From contig NC_045697.1 in assembly GCF_009834535.1 (NCBI RefSeq), positions 72,418,001 through 72,482,000 of the forward strand: a DNA stretch of 64,000 nt, read 5' to 3'. The notes under the pieces were generated by a model. That model saw nothing but the letters and a program-made list of their open reading frames with translations, was not told the DNA's origin and did not search any database. This stretch comes from Camelus ferus. Lineage: Eukaryota. The position numbers were made by a program, and so were the translations under genes. Positions 38,420 through 50,100 of this stretch are shown one piece after another (within the stretch, counting starts at the first letter, position 1; every line of letters starts with the position of its first letter).

Positions 38420-40970
38420 GTTTTTAAAATTGTTGTAAACAATACATAGCATAAAATTAACCCTTAATTATTTTTAAGTGAACAGTTCAGCAGTGTTAAC
38501 TATATTCACATTATTGTGTAACACATACTTAGAACTTTTTCATCTTGCAAAACTGAAACTCTATACTCATGGAACAACATCCTTACCCCCCTCCCCTCAG
38601 CCCTGGCGACCACAATTCTACTTTCTGTTAACATGAATTTGACTACTCTAGAAATGTCAATGGAATCATACGATATTTGTCCTGGCTTATTTCAATCAAT
38701 GTAATGTCCTCAAGGTTTATCCATGCTGTAGAATGTGACAGAATTTCCTTTTTTTTTTTTTCCCACAGCTGAATAATATTGTGTGTGTATATAGATACAC
38801 ACACACACATATTACATTTTCTTTATCTATTAATCTGTCCATGGTATTTGGCTTATCTCTACCTCTCGGCTGTTGTGAATAATGCTGCAATGAATGTGGG
38901 CATGCAAATATCTCTTTTGAGAGCCTACTTTCAGTTCTTTTGGATATATGCCCAGAAGTGGCATTACTGGATTAAATGGTAATTTTCCTTTTGGTTTTTT
39001 GAGGAAACTCCAAACTGTTTTCCATAGCAGCTGCCCATTTTATATTCCCCGCAGAAGTGTACAAATGTTCCAATTTCTCTATGTCTGTGTCAACATTTGT
39101 TATTTTCTAGTTTTTTTTTTTTTAAATAGTGACCATCCTAATGGTTATGAAGTGTTATCTCATTGTGGTTTTGATTTGCATTTCTCTGATAATTACAAAT
39201 GCTGAGCACTTTCAAATGCTTGTTGGCCATTTGTATATCTTCTTTGTAGAAATGCCTATTCAAGTCCTTTGCCCATTAATCAGGAAATTGTTGAGTTGTA
39301 GTTCTTTATATATTCTGAATATTGATGTCTTTTCAGATACATGGTTTGCAATTATTTTTTCCCATTCTGTGCATTGCTTTTTCACTTTGTTTCCTTTGCT
39401 GTGCAGAAGTATTTAAGTTTTCTGCAGTTCCATCTATTTTTGCTTTTTTTGCCTATGCTTTTAAGTGTCATATTCAAGAAATCATTGCCAAATTCAATGC
39501 TATGAAGCTTTTACATGTGGTTTGCTAGATATAGTATTCTTGGTTGGCTGTTTTTTTTCCTTTCAGCATTTTGGATATATCATCCCATTCTCTTCTTGCT
39601 TGCAAGGTTTCTACTGAGAAATCTATTATCTTATGGGAGCTCTTGCTTTTCTCTTGTTTTCAAGATTCTCACTTTCTATGACTTTTGACACCTTAAGTAT
39701 AATGTGCCTTAGTGTAGGTCTCTGGTTTTATCTTAATGGGAGTTTTCTGGTCACCTTGAATTTTTATGTCCATTTCCTTCCTCAAGTTTGGAGTTTTGGG
39801 CCATTATTTCTTTAAATAGGCTTTCTGACCATTTATCTCTTTCTTCTCTTCCTGAAATTCCCATAATACATAAACTGGTCCATTAAAGCAACCCACAATC
39901 CCTTAGCATCTCTTCACTTTTCTTCATTTGTTTTTCTTTTTGCTCTTCTGACTATAATTTCAAATGACTTGTCTTCAAGTTCACTGATTCTTTCTTCCAT
40001 CTGATCTAGTCTGTTGTTGATCCCTCTAGTCCATTTTTCAATTTAGTTATTGTATTATACAGCTCCAGAATTTAGTTTTGGGTTTTTTTTTTTTTAATAG
40101 CTTCTATATCTTTGTTGGTATTCTCATTTTGTTCATCCATCATTTTTTTATTTCTTTTAGATGTCTGTGATGTCTTTGAGCTCACTGAGCATCTTCATGA
40201 TGGTTATTTTGAATTCCTTGTGAGTAAGTCATACATTTCCAGTTGTTTAGGATTGGTTTCTGGAGTTTTATTTTGTTCCTTGTTTCTTTGTAGGTCTTGT
40301 TATCTTTTGTTGAAATTTGTATATTTGAAAAAACAGCTATCTCTCCTGGTCTTTATGGACGTCTTCACTAGGGAAGGACCTTCACCAATCAGCCTAGCTT
40401 GAGATTCTGAGAGTCTCTTAAACCTTTCTGTAATGCATCTTCTCTGGGTTTGGGTGCATTATCTCCAGCTGGTCTTTGGCCTTTTTCTACTCCAGTATCT
40501 ATCAGCAGTACTGCAGTATCTCCGGACTGTAACAATGCACTGGAGTCACTTTTGTTCTCACTAGACCTTAGGCATCTAAAATGTGCCATTTTCTTTTCTG
40601 TCAGTGCTCCAAGTCAGATGAGACAGAAACCAGTCCTTTGGACAGTCTCTTAAGAATCCAGAATGCAGGACACATGTTCCAGCTTTTTCTTTCCCTCCTG
40701 AGGGAGAAGCCAAAAGTTGAGCTTTCTCCTGATTGCCCCTTTTTGTGCAGGAGAGGAATGAGGGATGATAAGTAAGTGCAATGGAATGTTCTAATTGTGC
40801 CAGTGTGCCTCTTCCTGACCTTGTGCTTACATGGAATGCTGTAATCTCTCAAGTGGTTTCTGGAGTTCCCATAAAGGTAGTCTGGTCCTCATATTGTTAT
40901 GTCACTGTCTCCTCAGGAGAAGGTGAGCCTAGAATGTCCTATTCTGTCATCTTGCTGACATCACTCCTCT
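38420..40970 (-). mobile_element. Internally deleted L1 (3' UTR/ORF2 end joined near 39515 to ORF1/5' region), same orientation as SLC9B1
   Basis: T-rich. CTCATTGTGGTTTTGATTTGCATTTC (ORF2 end) followed by TGCAAGGTTTCTACTGAGAAATCT and GTCTTCAAGTTCACTGATTCTTTCTTC (ORF1). Confidence 0.8.
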
Positions 40971-41974
40971 AGTTTCTGGGATTTTCAAAAGCTCCCTGGG
41001 TGATTTTAATAAGTAGCAAAGTTTGGGAACCACTGACTTTTTCCACAGTCCTATCTGGATTTCTTCACTCAGAGGTTTCTACTGAGAGCTCCCTTAATAA
41101 ATCATTTGCATAAGAATCTTAATCTCAGCCTCAGCTTCTAAGGTAACTTGCTTGGTAGCATGGCCTATTCCCTAAAGAAGACAATAGCAAACAGATAAAG
41201 CAATCACAAATTAATAGAAAGTTTCAAATTTAAAAAATGAGTACCCATTAAAGTATCACCAAATATTTGGGGAAAGCCAATACCTTGGATTGAGGTACCA
41301 CATTCATTAAATGGAAAAATTTATACCTGAGGAAAGAGATATACTAAAAAGAGAATAACCAGAACATGACTTCAGAATAACTATAAATATCCTCAGAATC
41401 TTGAAAGTATACTATATCTGTGCATAACATTTAACTATAGTTCTTAGAAATTAACAAGTGCCAAACTTAAAGAAATAAATGATGATACAGACATAATGTA
41501 GAGTGAGTTAATAAGCTAGAGAACTGAGCAGACAAAAATTTTCCAGTGTGTACTGCAAAGGCAAGCAAATGAAAACTATAAAGACAAATTTATTAAGTAT
41601 GGAGTAGGGAGTTACAAAAGGACATAAAAAAAGAGGACTGAAGAGAGAGAAAAAATATCCAAGATCTGGACAAAAAAATAGATAGACAACCCTTTGATTG
41701 ATTGAAAGACTCCATCAAATATTGCATAGATCAAAATTTAAAAAGACTCACCTAAAGATATTAAGAAATTGTTGTTAATTTAGTTAGAAAATGCCCTTAC
41801 CTTTTAGAAATGCATACTATAGGATATAGGGGTAAAATATTATCATGTCTGTAACTTACTCTGAGATTCATTAGGGGCTGTTAAGTGTGAGTTAATGGTA
41901 CAGGATGTTCAACATATTATTCTCTCTACTCTTCATGTTTGAAAAATTTCATGAAGGAAAAAGATCTATCTAAG

Positions 41975-42140
41975 ACTCTTCTTTCAAATTTTAATATGTA
42001 AACAAATTACATGGGGATCTCACTAAAATGCAGATTCTGCTTGAAAAGATCTGGGGTGAGGCCCCAAATTTTGCATTTCTAACAAGCTTTTAGGTGATAC
42101 TAATGTTGCTGTCCAAAGAATATATTTAGTGTAGCAAGAA
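41975..42140. mobile_element. MER5A-like hAT element
   Basis: TAAAATGCAGATTCTG..TCTGGGGTGAGGCCCCAAATTTTGCATTTCTAACAAGC..AGGTGAT. Confidence 0.75.
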
Positions 42141-42378
42141 GCTCTTTATTGAAAAAATTCAGAAATCTAAACTTCCAAAAAGAAAAAAAAAAAAGATTAC
42201 TTAAAAAACAAATTAAAAATTAGTTTGATTTTATATATATAATATATATTATATATATATATCTTTAAAGCAGCCATATTTTGCCTCCCTCCTTTTTTTC
42301 CTTTTGATTTTCAAGGTCAAGTGAATATTTTTATGTATTGGCCCTTCTATCTGTTAGAAATAATAAAATACCCTTTTT

Positions 42379-42416
42379 AATTGTAAACTGACTATACTTC
42401 AATAAAAAAAAATTTA
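42379..42416 (+). mobile_element. Ultra-short L1 3' terminus with A tail and imperfect TSD
   Basis: TTGTAAACTGACTATACTTCAATAAAAAAAAA flanked by AAAATACCCTTT and AAAATTACCCTTT. Confidence 0.7.
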
Positions 42417-43549
42417 AAAATTACCCTTTATAGAGTAATACAGTCACTATAAGCAAAGTTAAATATCTAGTGATGTACTGAGACATTTGTAATACCCGTA
42501 GACAAAACATTGATATAATCAGTAAGAAAGAGAATAATAACTCAATAGAAAAATGAACAAAGGATATGAAAAGGCCAATCACAGATAAAGAGATATGATT
42601 TCTATAAAAACACACAAAAATATCTCCAAAGAAAAAAGTATTATTTGTATATTTTTATATAAATCATACCCATTTCATGAATTACAATATTATTTTTATA
42701 TATGATATACACCACATGTAATTCTTTTTTAACAGCTTAGAGTATTATTTTTAAAGGTCTAAAATGATAATATAAAACTCATAGGAGTTATCACTTTGGG
42801 TATGGATATGAGCACTAGGATTTAAAGGCATGGTCAGAGGGCTTTTTAATTTTATCTGTAAAGTTTTAACTTTTCAAAAGGAAAATGTACTTGTGTATTA
42901 CTTTTATAATAAAAATTAATTTAAAAAATCCATTGGATTTGGCAGCAAGTATGTAATGAGTGAACTTTGCTATAAATTTTGTTGGAATGCACAAGTGAAT
43001 GCAAAAGTTAAATGTATTGAAAGATGGAGAGAAGTTCAGGATATAGACATAGTGATTACAGATTATTATTCTGAGGAATTTGGACATGAAGGGAAGTATA
43101 CAGTGGATAGTAACAGATGGGACAGTGGATCTAGGAAAATAGTGTTTGCTTTGCTTGTTTTTTTGTTATAATATTTATACCTTTCACATATACAATACAT
43201 ATTATAAATAATACATGCTTACTATATATATGTGTACATATTGTATATAAGGAAGAGGCCATTAGACAGATTAAAAAATGAGATAGATTACAATATAGGA
43301 GAGAAAAAATAAACTGATAAAGTGAATTATCTTGGCATTAAGCATTCAGGGACTATGAATATTTTGTCAAGCATACAGTAGACTGAGGACATGGCTCTGT
43401 TTGTGACCAACCGATTTCCAAGATTTTCTCCTATTGTAAAAAGAATTTTAATGATAAGCTTGTCTATACAATATTCTGAATATGTCAATCATTTTAAACA
43501 AAGCATTTTTAACTGAACATTTTCACAGGGAAAAATGAGAAAAAGTTAC

Positions 43550-43677
43550 CCTAATAGAAATCCCCATTGCCAAGGAAAATTCATAACGAAGTGGGAAATA
43601 ACAGCAGCTGAACATGCCTCTATGAGGCATGGACCCATAGACAATCTTAAACAAACTCCCTTCAAATGCTTCAAAGC
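43550..43677 (-). CDS. SLC9B1: SLC9B1 exon 6: ALKHLKGVCLRLSMGPCLIEACSAAVISHFVMNFPWQWGFLL(G)
   Basis: TTTCAG acceptor, GTAAC donor, 128 nt, GPCLxE and PWQW motifs. The ORF track shows a different frame here. Confidence 0.96.
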
Positions 43678-44783
43678 CTGAAATATAAACATAGTCACAT
43701 TTAGACAAGCTTATAATGACCAACAAAAAAATTATTTAAGCAAATATTAAAATATGTAGTCTTATCTGGGTAATAATCTTTTACTAAACTAAACCTCCCA
43801 GATGTCCCATTGGGCTTGAATTGCTAATACAGCTCATTTTATATGTCATCATATATTAAATGATAAACTATTTTATATTTTATAAAACACTGTTGTTTTT
43901 AGTTATTTAAAAAAGACCCCTTTCCCTGTGATTAAAGAACTATTTCTACCTTCCTCAATCTTCCTAGTAAATAGTACAATGAAAGTATCCTATAGATTTA
44001 TTTCTAACAGTTAACTTTTAGGGATGAACTGTTTGATTAGCTTAATAGTTATAACATGCCAAAAGAGAGAATCACTTAAAAACTGCATAACTGTCTAAAA
44101 AGGAGAACTTTTAAATTTTCTCACTGGTTCAAATTTTCTACTGCATAATATGATAAATTATCACTGTCTATAATTATTTTTGTTCTTGAGATGCTTCCCC
44201 CAATCTTACATATTTGCCACATTTGTTATATTCTGAATAGTTGTTATATTCATGAACAGATATCTTTAAAAACCCAAACAGATTTATGATCCCTAAATAG
44301 TAATATTTTAAGAAACATTTAAAAAAATTAGCTTTTACAGTAAAGCACAGATAATCAAGAACATAATTCTGTGGGAAAAAATTCATTAAACGGTAATATT
44401 ATTGAAAATTTTAATCATTCTGAAAAAACAAAAGCCATAACCTTTTATGGGATGACCTAATCCTTTGTTAACTGAAAAGTAAATAATTCTTCACAGAAAA
44501 GCCACAACTCCCAAATAATAAATATTGTAGGAGGGACATTTAGCTCTATGTAAGTAAGTAAAGACTATCTCTAACAGAGATCTTACATCACAGTGATTTC
44601 TCTTCATATTGGTAATATGATGACCAGAAGTAAAATTAACATACAAATATTTCTGTAAAATTTCTCTTCTTTATCTTGGTTTTGCTCTACCTAGAACAGC
44701 TATAACAGAAATTCTGACTCTTTCTTTTCCACAAGCCTCCAATATTTAAAACAACTATACTCAAGGTATAACTGGAAATCTAC

Positions 44784-44926
44784 CTGTGGATCGAGTCCAA
44801 GCCCAGCTTGCACTAGAACAATGGTAAGGGCAGTGTTTCTTAACGTTGAAGATAATGTGTTACTAAGATGGACGATATCACTGAGGAATGGAACATTCCT
44901 AACGGTAAAACCAGCCAGTAACATCC
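44784..44926 (-). CDS. SLC9B1: SLC9B1 exon 5: (G)MLLAGFTVRNVPFLSDIVHLSNTLSSTLRNTALTIVLVQAGLGLDPQ
   Basis: AG at 44928-44927, GT at 44783-44782, 143 nt, MLLAGF and AGLGLD motifs. Confidence 0.96.
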
Positions 44927-46115
44927 CTTAGAGGAAAAAAAAATAAACCATGTCTGATTCAGTTCATTTTTCCAAGAGAGAAAACAAAAATATTTAATTT
45001 CCCTTCTTCAAACATACTATGTCTCTTGTTACTCTGGTGAAGGGCAGGTTACATACAAGTAGAGGAGACAGCATAAATAAAGGAATGGAGATAAGAAATA
45101 ACATACTTTAGTGGGGTGCAACAAGTAATTCAGTATTGCTGAACATAGAGGACTAGGATGGGAGTGGTAGAGTGGGCAGGAGGGGCCAGATCATGAAAAG
45201 CTACCCCTGCCTGCTACCTCCCCTGCTTTGGCAGAGGGAGGACCCATGGGAAAGTTTCAGGCAGGAAGTGAGATAATGAGTCTATCATTTTCTTTGTGAT
45301 GGTCTCAGTAAATTAGATAGACATAAAACTGTAGGAGAGACCAATCAGAAGACTCTGCCATAGTCCATGGAATAGTCAGAAACAAACAGCCCGAGTTAGG
45401 TCAAGAGCAGAAGTTTTGGAGAGGAAGAAAAAAGATTCAGTGAATACCTGGGAGGCGCTGAAAGGGTGTTATGAACACAGAAAGGGTGTTAGAGATAAGA
45501 GGGAGTGATCACCTCTATTGACAGTGTACTAAATGTCTGAATGTACTGAATACTTAGAAGATACAAGACACCTCTAATAAAAGTTTTTCCACTAATTTTC
45601 CTGTCTACCTGGAGAGTTATATAATAATAGTGATGAAGAAACAGGGTATAACATTGTTTAGGCAGATGATACAGCCATGAATACACATAGTGGAGATGTC
45701 CAAACAGCTTACTTCAAAATTACAAAAACTTTTGGTGCCCTAGTCACTACAGTATTTGAATCTCGTAGTTGTATTTGAGTTAGGTTATCTACAGAAAAAT
45801 TCAGTCTTTTTCAAATTTTTTCTGTTTTATAATACATTTAAAGGTAAGTAAAAAATGTCCTATTAAATAAATGATAAAGCAACAAGAATCATATATTGAG
45901 TATATTTAAATTATTTAAAAATATATTTCAGGAAAAATCTGTGTGTGTATAGAGAATAGAGCTAGATATATACATGTATAGTAAATACACATATAAAAAG
46001 CTATATAGATCATATTACACCGAAAAAGTTCTAAATTATATCTACTCTGCCTAGAATATAGTCATAATTTACATGTAGTCAGTGACAAAGAAATAAGAGC
46101 TAATTATTAACTTAC

Positions 46116-46286
46116 CAAGAAGAGGAGGAAGTTGAGGCACTGAAGGCATTTTAATGACTTCCAAAAGTTCCCCCCCAATAATGGCACTATAAAAGATAAT
46201 TAATAGTCCAAATAAACTTCCACCAGGAAGGGCTTCAGGGCCTGATAATGACCAGGTTACACACCATAGCATAAAAAGCATAACTC
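46116..46286 (-). CDS. SLC9B1: SLC9B1 exon 4: (G)VMLFMLWCVTWSLSGPEALPGGSLFGLLIIFYSAIIGGELLEVIKMPSVPQLPPLL(G)
   Basis: TTTCAG acceptor, GTAAG donor, 171 nt, phase 1 to 1, LPGG and LPPLLG motifs. Confidence 0.96.
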
Positions 46287-47199
46287 CTGAAATATGAAAA
46301 AAGCACATATCTATATATCTACCTAGACATAGATATATACATATAAAAGAGGAATTTGATCAAATATATTAATACCTGATCCTATATGATGATACATAAT
46401 GTAGACTAATGTTGCTTGCTCGTATGGTTAAAGAAATGTCTCTTTAACATATATTCTAAAGTCCCTGTCAATTAAAAGTATTTTTATTAAAAAATATTTT
46501 AAACAACAAATGAATCCTTTAAAGTAGTAAACTTTTCTCATGTGACATTTAAAAAATGTCATGGCAGTATGATGAGATTTATTTCATTTTTATGTTTTAA
46601 AGTAGCTTTTTCAGCAGGAATAAAATGATTGGTTGTCATGAGAATTCTCAGATTTACTGAAGATCATAGTGGCAGTGTGCTACGTTTTTTAACGGGAGCA
46701 GAGTAAATATTTGTATTGAAAGAATAGGTCAGTTAATGTTTGGTACAAATTACTAAGGGGATAAAGGCTGAGAAAGAAGTAAACCTGGTCTTTGGGAGAA
46801 TATAAAGTATCTTAGATTATGTATAGGATGTAGTGGTGGACAGGATGAGTAATCATAAGGTAGCAGAAATCTTGTTTCTGTCAACTAGGTACTAAGGGAA
46901 GTCCCTAATCACAGGAGGAATCCATACGTTTCTGTAAACGACAGAAGGTTATACTACAAACTGCCATCTGCAAATTAAATAGCCACCTTCATTTACTATA
47001 AATCACAATTTCTAATGTTTTTTTCAGGTCCTTAAAATAGTTTAAGTACATTCTTTAGTTGTGACCTATTTTTGGTAGCATCAAACTACCAAAGGTAAAA
47101 GAGAAGGATTTTGAGAAATTCAAGGCAGGAAGTTAGAAATAAGATTCTTGTCTCCTCCTCTCTGACTATTATCATTCCACAAAACTGGAACCCTTGAAG

Positions 47200-50100
47200 G
47201 AGGAACTCTCATTAAAAGAATGGACCAGAAATTATCATTCTACTGACACAGGGAGAAGACAAGGCAGATTGTTTGTCTTAGTTGGTCTCTGGGTGCCAAA
47301 ATCACTTCTGAGATTTATATAGGCCTCAACGAACATGTTTTGGGCTCAAATTTACATGATTTGCATGTTTCAGGAACGCCAAATCCTAAACCTGGCCTAA
47401 GAAGTATCTTCCCATGGAACTATCCCTAGCGCACTTGGTAGATACTAGTTCAAAATATCCCCAGTAGACACTCCTGATTCTAGACTGCATGAAGTCTCAA
47501 AGATAAAGCCTCACTGAATCTGAATTTATAATAAAAGCTTAGAAAATAAGAAGTAATTCTCTATGAGCAAAAGTTGATAGATACAACAAAGAATGGGATA
47601 CACAAAAACTTTAGCTAACAGAACCACTAGATAGACAATATAAAATATGTATTTTCAAAGAAGCTCAATAGAATTAAAAAATACTTAAGACATAAGAAAA
47701 TAAATATCTGGAGGCAGTGTAAAAGAATCAAACAGAACATTTAGAAAGAAATTTAAAAATTATTGAAATTTCAAAAATCACTAGATACCTTAAATAGCAG
47801 GCTAGATACAGCTAAAAAAAGAAATACAGTAAACTGGTAGATATGAGGAAATTACCAAGAAAGAGTATAGCATAAAAAGAAAAATGAGGTGGAAAATATG
47901 AGATATTTAGATTTTGGAAAAGATGTAAAATATATCTAATGGTAGTTTCATAAACAGAATTCAAAGAGTGAAGAAGAGACAATATTTGAGGAGATAATTG
48001 GCTTAACAAATATACAGAACTGATTATAGTTTTAATTGATCCTGTATTGATCTGGACACAGGAAGAAAAATATGTTCTTACCAGGATTAAATAAAAATAA
48101 ATAGATACTTAGATACAATGTTGAGAAAGTAGACCACCAAAAGCAAAAATAAGGTCTGAAATGATCTAGAGAGAAAAAAGATAAATTAGTCATAAAGAAA
48201 TAAACATTATAGGAGATTCTGAATTCTCAACAGCAACAATAAAAACTGGAAGATAAAGAAATAAGGTCTTCAAAGTGCAGAGATAAAATACCCAACGTTG
48301 AATTCTGCAGCAAGTTAAACTATTATTCAAGAAAAGGACAAAACTAAAGATATTGTCAAGCAAATATACCTAAGAATATATTCCATTTTTACTGGGGGAA
48401 AACTATTAGAAGATACATTTTTAGGACTCAAAAGGAAGGAAAAATGAACAAAAAAATTGTAAACATGTAGGTTAGTCTAAACAAGTGTTTGACTGTATAA
48501 CAAGTAACTAATCAAAATTGCTAAATTGGGGATATAAAAATAAGCTGGATATGAGGTTTCCAATAATAATAACAAGAAATGGTTGGCAGTTTATTTCAAT
48601 AAAAAAGGCTTACATATAAAACTATACAAAATAATAAAAACAACCATTTCAGGACCCTGAAAAATGACCAAAGGCATTTATCAAATTGAGAAGCATTTAT
48701 TCTTGAAAAAAAAATGCTGGAGTTTTAAGTACAATCAGTGAGAGCCTGAGGCCTTCTTGCCTGGGACTGTTAACCATTCCTTTCATCCTTCTCCCCAACT
48801 CCAACTCAGTTGGGAAAAACTAGTTTTATCAGCATGGAGTTGGATATAAAAACCAGCAGCTTTCCTGCCAGAGGAGGTGGATGAATTTGATATGGAGTGG
48901 AGGCAGAAAACCCATGACACTGCTGGCTACAAGGGGCAGACTGACTTGGGAATGGACAGAGAAAACATGCAGTTTTGCTAGTTTGAGGCTGCAGTCCAAG
49001 TTGGGGGTATTGGTAGACCAGCCAAAGATTTGACTGGGAGATATTGGATATGAAAGAGTTATAGAATGGCTGAGATAATGGCTAACTGGGAAAGTATGCA
49101 AGTGCAGGGAAGACTCAAGAGAGTATGGCAAAAAGTAAAAAATGTAAGACTTGAGTACTAGCAGCAACTTTGAATGCATTCTTCAACCTACCTACATATC
49201 ACTTGGCAGAGAGTGGAAGCCTTACTGGCCTGAATATAAAGCCTCTCTCAGATCATTAGGTGACTACTAAGATATGCAGACAAAAGGGAAACCCCTAGGA
49301 AGATAGGCTAAAAACAAATAAACAAACAAAAATTGATAAGAGCCATTGGCCACTGCAAACCATGGGGCAGGTTAAAATCCACAGTTTAAGTACATCAGAG
49401 TTACCAAAACAACAATAATAACAACAAAAACCTTAAAAAATAAAACTGAATCCAAAGTTCCAACAATATGTAATTAAAATATTTACTTTTCAATCAAACT
49501 TACTAGACATAGTAAGAAACACATAAGTATGATCCATACTCAGGAAAAAAAGCAATCAGTAGGAAGTGAGTCTAGGTGTGGATTTACAAAGTGTTCAAAA
49601 TACTTATTATAAATATGTACAAATTATTAAAATAGGACAAAATGTGCCATTTAATAGAGAATATCAATCAATAAATAAACTTTACTTTAAAATAAAAAGA
49701 GGCATGGGAGAAATGGGTGAATTGTTTTTATTTTTAGTTTAAATAAACTGAATTTTAAAAAATTACAAGAAATTATCTAATGGAGATCCATAACTTTAGA
49801 CAGGACAACTCCCATTTTTTAAAATTTTATTTTTATTTTTTTCTACTTATTTTTTGGTGGGGGAGGTAATTAGGTTTATTTATTATTTATTTATTTATTT
49901 TTAATGGAGGTACTGGGGATTGAGCCCAGGACTTTGTGCATGCTCAGCACACACTAGCACTGAGCTATATATACCCTCCCCCCATTTTTTTTTTAAAGAA
50001 AATCTGGAATTGAAACAAATAACAACTGAAATGAAAAAAATCACTGGAGAGGCTCAACAGCATATTTGAGTCCGTGAAAGAAAATATCAGCAAACTTGAA

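Larger units (their letters stand above)
37812..41035. mobile_element. MER5B-like hAT element in three pieces (37812-37851, about 38320-38420, about 40975-41035)
   Basis: Terminal inverted repeats CAGTGG (37812) and CCACTG (41030-41035), internal AAAAAATACTGATGCCTGG and AAAAGCTCCCTGGGTGATT. Confidence 0.75.
37481..41158 (+). mobile_element. LTR16-like (ERVL) solo LTR split into 37481-37811 and 41036-41158
   Basis: TGTGCAGA..CAGTGCACACATCCCCAGCTGC start, CCTTAATAAATCATTTGCATAAGAATC..GCTTCTA end. CATGG at 37476-37480 and 41159-41163 (5-nt TSD-like). Confidence 0.75.

Noticed and set aside
43523..43726. ORF-track peptides overlapping SLC9B1 exons in other frames or strands (also 26638-26862, 28357-28545, 31758-31982)
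   Set aside because: Shadows of real exons with no independent coding signal.
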